From assembly GCF_009914755.1 (NCBI RefSeq), contig NC_060946.1: a DNA stretch of 64,000 bases; one strand, 5' to 3'. This document shows, piece after piece, positions 57,061 to 64,000 of the stretch. The DNA comes from the human T2T-CHM13v2.0 reference genome, Homo sapiens. The notes beneath the pieces were generated by a model, which worked only from the letters and a program-made list of their open reading frames with translations, was not told the origin of the DNA and made no database searches. The number at the start of each line of letters is the position of its first letter. The first letter of the stretch is position 1. Position numbers and translations under genes: made by a program.

Positions 57061-57986
57061 TAAGTCAACGTTAATAAGTATTATAAACACTCCACAGGTC
57101 TAGAATATGTGCTGTAGCAGTCTGAGTTTTGAGTGCTTTCTCTGAAGTCTATTCTGGCATGATTGAGAAGTGTTTGCCTGTCCCAGTACATCAAGTGGCG
57201 CCCTAGAGCCTTGGTCCTCAGATAGAATCTGTGGTCCAGCAGCAACGGCAGCACCTGGAAGCCTGATAGAAATGCAGGGTCTCAGGCTCCGCTCCAGGCC
57301 ACCTACACAGTATACCAGGCTCTCTGGGTGATGCTTGATTAACAGTAGCTGCTGTAGCACTGCAGCCACATCACTTTGTGCTTGCAGGAAGGAGAAACTC
57401 GGGTAGGGGGTGGTGAGAGGATAAGCAGAGATCTGGACCCCCAAATGTATGGCAGGGTCATGTCTCAGGGGAGAGATGGTGGATCTTGGAAGGCAATCTG
57501 TAGAGAAGAGAATCACCAAAGTTCTCTTGAGGGTTGAGCGACCACCCCCAACAAGATGATGGCTTGTGTTTTTTGAGCACAGCCTATTTGCCAGGTGCTA
57601 AGCACTTACACATTGTCTATTTACTGTCACCACCTCCTTCAACAGAAAGAGGAGGAACGCTTGGCGTAGAACAGGTTGATAACTCGGGGTCTGGCAGAGT
57701 TAGGAGGCAGCAGGTCCAAGTAATTGGAGGAGACCCCTGCCTTCAAATCAGAGAGACCCCTGCTAGTCTTGCCACTTAGGAAAAGCCTAGGTTGATGTCG
57801 TGGACACCCCACGCGTCTGGAGAATATGTGCTATGGCAGTCTGAGTTCTGAGCGACTTCTCAGAAGTCTGTTCCGGCATGATAGAGAATTGTCTGCCTGT
57901 CCCAGTGAATCGTGTGTCATGTCCCTGGGGTGACTGCCACTTTCATACGTACTGGACCCTCACACAGACTACATTCTGCCCTGCAG

Positions 57987-58154
57987 AATTCCATGAACAG
58001 GCTGGCTGTGCAGGCTCTAGAGAAGATGGAAACCAGAAAGTTCAACTCCAAGAGCAAGGGGCGCCGGGAGGGGAGCTGTGGGGCCCTGGACACACTCAGC
58101 AGCAGCTCCACGTCCGACTGTGCCATCTGTCTGGAGAAGTACATTGATGGAGAG
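57987..58154 (+). CDS. ZNRF3: ZNRF3 exon 6 (168 nt, phase 0-0): juxtamembrane linker and start of the RING ([12 protein letters not shown])
   Basis: ctgcAG|AAT...GAG|GTaatg. Lies within ORF 57912..58196. Confidence 0.97.
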
Positions 58155-59626
58155 GTAATGGCAGAAGCAGGCCCGTCCTGGGTGGGGAAAACATAGGCAG
58201 GTCAGCAGAGGTGCCCAAGACCTAGAAGGACAGGGCCCTGTGTTCCATCACACACATCAACTTTTAGAGTCACTCTTCTGAAAATTCTGAGACTTGACTT
58301 GATACTTAGCTGGGTGTTTTTACTTACAAAGAGACAAGGGATTTTATATCCCTCACTTTTTTTTCTTGTAGCTCTTTGAAAATTTTAGGCCTAGTACCAT
58401 GCCTGTAGTCCTAGCTACTTGGGAGGCTGAGGTGGAAGGATCACTTGAGGCTAGGAACTTGAGGCTGCAGTGAGCTATTATTACACCGCTGCATATCAGC
58501 CTGGACAACAGAGTGAGACTTTGTCTGTCTTAGAAAATTTCAGACCTTCAGAAAAGACTAGTACCATAGACGATATATGTCAGGGGCCTAGAATCATCCA
58601 TGATGAACATTTTGCCACATTTGCTCACTCTCCCTCTCTCTAGACAGATGCATACATACACATATTTGCGGGGCAGGGAGCAAACCACTTGAGAATTACA
58701 GACATTTGATGCGCCTTTGTTGAAAATGTTCCACTGCTGCAGAGACTGTTGGATGGAAATGGAATTTTTGCAGAATAGAATAGTAGATTCTTACACAGAC
58801 TCTGGGTTCTAATCCTGACCTGGGTGGATTCTAGCTTTGTGATCTTGGGCAAGTGACTTCGTTTTCTTGTGACATGGGCCTGACACTGACCAGCATTCCA
58901 GGTGATCATGAAGGTTCCATGAGAAGATCCAGGGTAGACCCTTTGTCATTCTGTCAGGCACAGTGTTAGGTGTGAGCTGGAATATTACTGTGCTAGACAG
59001 GTCAGAAAATTGAAAGACAAAGTAAAATGAGCAAATCTGGAAGATGCTTAGGCTTAGGAACTCTGGAGGTGGTTCTGTCCCAATAACTCTATCTGTCTAG
59101 ATAGGCTGCTTTTCTTATAAACCACACACCCCATGGTGAGGTTCAGGATCCAGTAAAGGAGGGGATAGCAGAGCTTTACCCCTTTGCTGCCACACCTGTC
59201 AATCATGAGTCCCAGGTATCTTCCTTTCTACTCATGCCTATTTGGGATACCCAGGGACAGCCAGCACCTCAGAGATGCAGAATATCTTGGGGTATACCTG
59301 GCCCTCTCTCCATACCCCTAAGCCTCCCATCCTCACTAGCAGGAGGACTCGGCCCTCCCTGGGTGGAGGCATGAGTGTGTTTGCCCTCCTCCAGCTACGG
59401 GAAAGACGCCTGCCTCTGTGCGTGCCCACTCCCTTAACACTGAGGACTGTGGATGGGGCTGACTGCTGGCAGTTTCCTTCTTCCTAGAACACATGGGTGG
59501 GCCCTGCTTCTAGGGAATTGAGCCCTAATTGGAGGTGGGGAGGAGAGTAGGGAAGGGCACGGGCATGCTGTGCAGAACTCCTTGGTCTATGCTGGACTCT
59601 GCAGGAGGACACACCTGCGAGGCTGA

Positions 59627-59779
<153 letters not shown>

Positions 59780-60467
59780 TAGCCATTGCTGAAGAGTCAA
59801 GTGCCTAGCTAGAGTGTGACACACACCGCAGGCTTGGGAACACTCAGAACCACCGTGGCACTGCCCTCTGGACTTGGAGGCCTGGCAGCCCTGGGTTTTG
59901 GAGGTTGTCTGCACGACCCTTAGGAGAGCTTGGCATTAAGAATCACCCTGAGTTCAAGTTTGGGCTTCACATTAAGCAGCTTCTTGACCTCGGGCAAGAC
60001 ATCTGGCCTCTCCTAGGCCTGAGGCCCCTAATCTCTTTAGTGGCAATGACAGTAATGGTGTTTGCCCACACCCAGTACCATGGGGGTGTTCCTAGGACCA
60101 CGAGAGACGATGAGTGTGCAGAGGCCAGCTTGGGCTGTTGCTCCTGCATCACTGTGTCATTAAACAGGGATGGAGGGACACTGGCATCTTTGAATCCGAT
60201 TCTTTTCTGCAGACTTCTGTGGTGCCCTGTCAGGCAGAGCAGTGGGGAGTTGGGAGCGGGGCCCTTACAGGAGATGGGCCATTTCACACAGACAGGCAGG
60301 TCAGCCTCTGCCGCTGCAGCTCAGTTTGGGGGCAGGGTTGTGAGAATGGGTACCTTGGCAGGTGACCAAGCCTGCTGCTTCAGCCTTTGCCCGTTTTAAA
60401 AATCCCTTTAGCCTCTGACACCAGTATGCTCAGCCCTGCCTACTCTGTTTCCTCCACTTGTCTCCAG

Positions 60468-62219
60468 AACAAAAGGGAAACCCAAGCGCGGTGTGTGTGG
60501 AGACCAGCAACCTCTCACGTGGTCGGCAGCAGAGGGTGACCCTGCCGGTGCATTACCCCGGCCGCGTGCACAGGACCAACGCCATCCCAGCCTACCCTAC
60601 GAGGACAAGCATGGACTCCCACGGCAACCCCGTCACCTTGCTGACCATGGACCGGCACGGGGAGCAGAGCCTCTATTCCCCGCAGACCCCCGCCTACATC
60701 CGCAGCTACCCACCCCTCCACCTGGACCACAGCCTGGCCGCTCACCGCTGCGGCCTGGAGCACCGGGCCTACTCCCCAGCCCACCCCTTCCGCAGGCCCA
60801 AGTTGAGTGGCCGCAGCTTCTCCAAGGCAGCTTGCTTCTCCCAGTATGAGACCATGTACCAGCACTACTACTTCCAGGGCCTCAGCTACCCGGAGCACGA
60901 GGGGCAGTCCCCACCTAGCCTCGCACCCCGGGGCCCGGCCCGTGCCTTTCCTCCGAGCGGCAGTGGCAGCCTGCTCTTCCCCACCGTGGTGCACGTGGCC
61001 CCGCCCTCCCACCTGGAGAGCGGCAGCACGTCCAGCTTCAGCTGCTATCACGGCCACCGCTCGGTGTGCAGTGGCTACCTGGCCGACTGCCCAGGCAGCG
61101 ACAGCAGCAGCAGCAGCAGCTCCGGCCAGTGCCACTGTTCCTCCAGTGACTCTGTGGTAGACTGCACTGAGGTCAGCAACCAGGGCGTGTACGGGAGCTG
61201 CTCCACCTTCCGCAGCTCCCTCAGCAGCGACTATGACCCCTTCATCTACCGCAGCCGGAGCCCCTGTCGTGCCAGTGAGGCGGGGGGCTCGGGCAGCTCG
61301 GGCCGGGGACCTGCCCTGTGCTTCGAGGGCTCCCCGCCTCCCGAGGAGCTCCCGGCGGTGCACAGTCATGGTGCTGGGCGGGGCGAGCCTTGGCCGGGCC
61401 CTGCCTCTCCCTCGGGGGATCAGGTGTCCACCTGCAGCCTGGAGATGAACTACAGCAGCAACTCCTCCCTGGAGCACAGGGGGCCCAATAGCTCTACCTC
61501 AGAAGTGGGGCTCGAGGCTTCTCCTGGGGCCGCCCCTGACCTCAGGAGGACCTGGAAGGGGGGCCACGAGTTGCCGTCGTGTGCCTGCTGCTGCGAGCCC
61601 CAGCCCTCCCCAGCCGGGCCTAGCGCCGGAGCAGCTGGCAGCAGCACCTTGTTCCTGGGGCCCCACCTCTACGAGGGCTCTGGCCCGGCGGGTGGGGAGC
61701 CCCAGTCAGGAAGCTCCCAGGGCTTGTACGGCCTTCACCCCGACCATTTGCCCAGGACAGATGGGGTGAAATACGAGGGTCTGCCCTGCTGCTTCTATGA
61801 AGAGAAGCAGGTGGCCCGCGGGGGCGGAGGGGGCAGCGGCTGCTACACTGAGGACTACTCGGTGAGTGTGCAGTACACGCTCACCGAGGAACCCCCGCCC
61901 GGCTGCTACCCCGGGGCCCGGGACCTGAGCCAGCGCATCCCCATCATTCCAGAGGATGTGGACTGTGATCTGGGCCTGCCCTCGGACTGCCAAGGGACCC
62001 ACAGCCTCGGCTCCTGGGGTGGGACGCGAGGCCCGGATACCCCACGGCCCCACAGGGGCCTGGGAGCAACCCGGGAAGAGGAGCGGGCTCTGTGCTGCCA
62101 GGCTAGGGCCCTACTGCGGCCTGGCTGCCCTCCGGAGGAGGCGGGTGCTGTCAGGGCCAACTTCCCTAGTGCCCTCCAGGACACTCAGGAGTCCAGCACC
62201 ACTGCCACTGAGGCTGCAG
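60468..62219 (+). CDS. ZNRF3: ZNRF3 exon 8 (1752 nt, phase 1-1): long Ser/Gly/Pro-rich cytoplasmic tail
   Basis: tctccAG|AA...GCAG|GTgaga. Corresponds to ORF 60458..62242. Contains [15 protein letters not shown] and the Ser-rich block homologous to RNF43. Confidence 0.97.
61103..61120 (+). repeat. ZNRF3: Coding (AGC)6 repeat within the poly-Ser tract
   Basis: gac agc agc agc agc agc agc tcc encodes D followed by seven S. Confidence 0.95.
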
Positions 62220-62527
62220 GTGAGAGCAGGAAATGGCAGTAGGTCAGAGCAGGAGTTCCCATCAGGGTCGTCTTGTCTTCTGTCTTAGGCATTTTCTGAA
62301 TGACTTCTTTTGTGTCCTTGGTTTTAAACACCATCTGAGGCTGAAGACTTCCAAGGGTTACTCCTCAGCCTGGCCCTCCCTTGGAGTTCAGACTCATTGA
62401 GCCCTCTGCTTCCATGATCTCGGGATCTCTCCCCAAGATGCCTGCAGCCTGTCATGTCCACAGCAGTACTCATTTCCCCCTCTGCCCTGCTCCCCATCCG
62501 CATGCTCACACCAAAAACCTAGCACCA

Positions 62528-63998
<1,471 letters not shown>

Positions 63999-64000
63999 TT

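Noticed and set aside
60515-61477. 320-aa antisense ORF and several alternative-frame ORFs over exon 8
   Set aside because: These are shadow ORFs expected from GC-rich coding sequence. They are Ala/Val/Gly-rich with no recognisable domain.

Overview
Primate DNA, most likely human. The window is the distal part of the very large intron 2 of ZNRF3 (+ strand), followed by coding exons 3-8 and the start of intron 8. ZNRF3 is the PA-TM-RING E3 ligase that down-regulates Frizzled/Wnt signalling and binds R-spondin. The exon boundaries were read directly from AG/GT junctions and join into one open frame. The rest is Alu-dense intron (about 45 Alu copies or fragments) with old L1, L2, MIR, MaLR and DNA-transposon fossils. 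There is an intragenic CpG island at about 41.6-42.4 kb, and a candidate TCF/LEF-plus-Helper Wnt enhancer at about 16 kb. I see no prokaryotic-type system and no new protein-coding gene. The most interesting signals are: (1) regulatory elements, namely the composite Wnt element, the internal promoter and CTCF sites; (2) isoform potential, from four consecutive phase-0 exons, flanking inverted Alus and a strong-Kozak Met just before the TM helix; (3) an apparent Q482H difference from the ZNRF3 sequence I recall; (4) several local duplications or insertions not explained by common repeats. Repeat coordinates are approximate and subfamily calls were made by eye.
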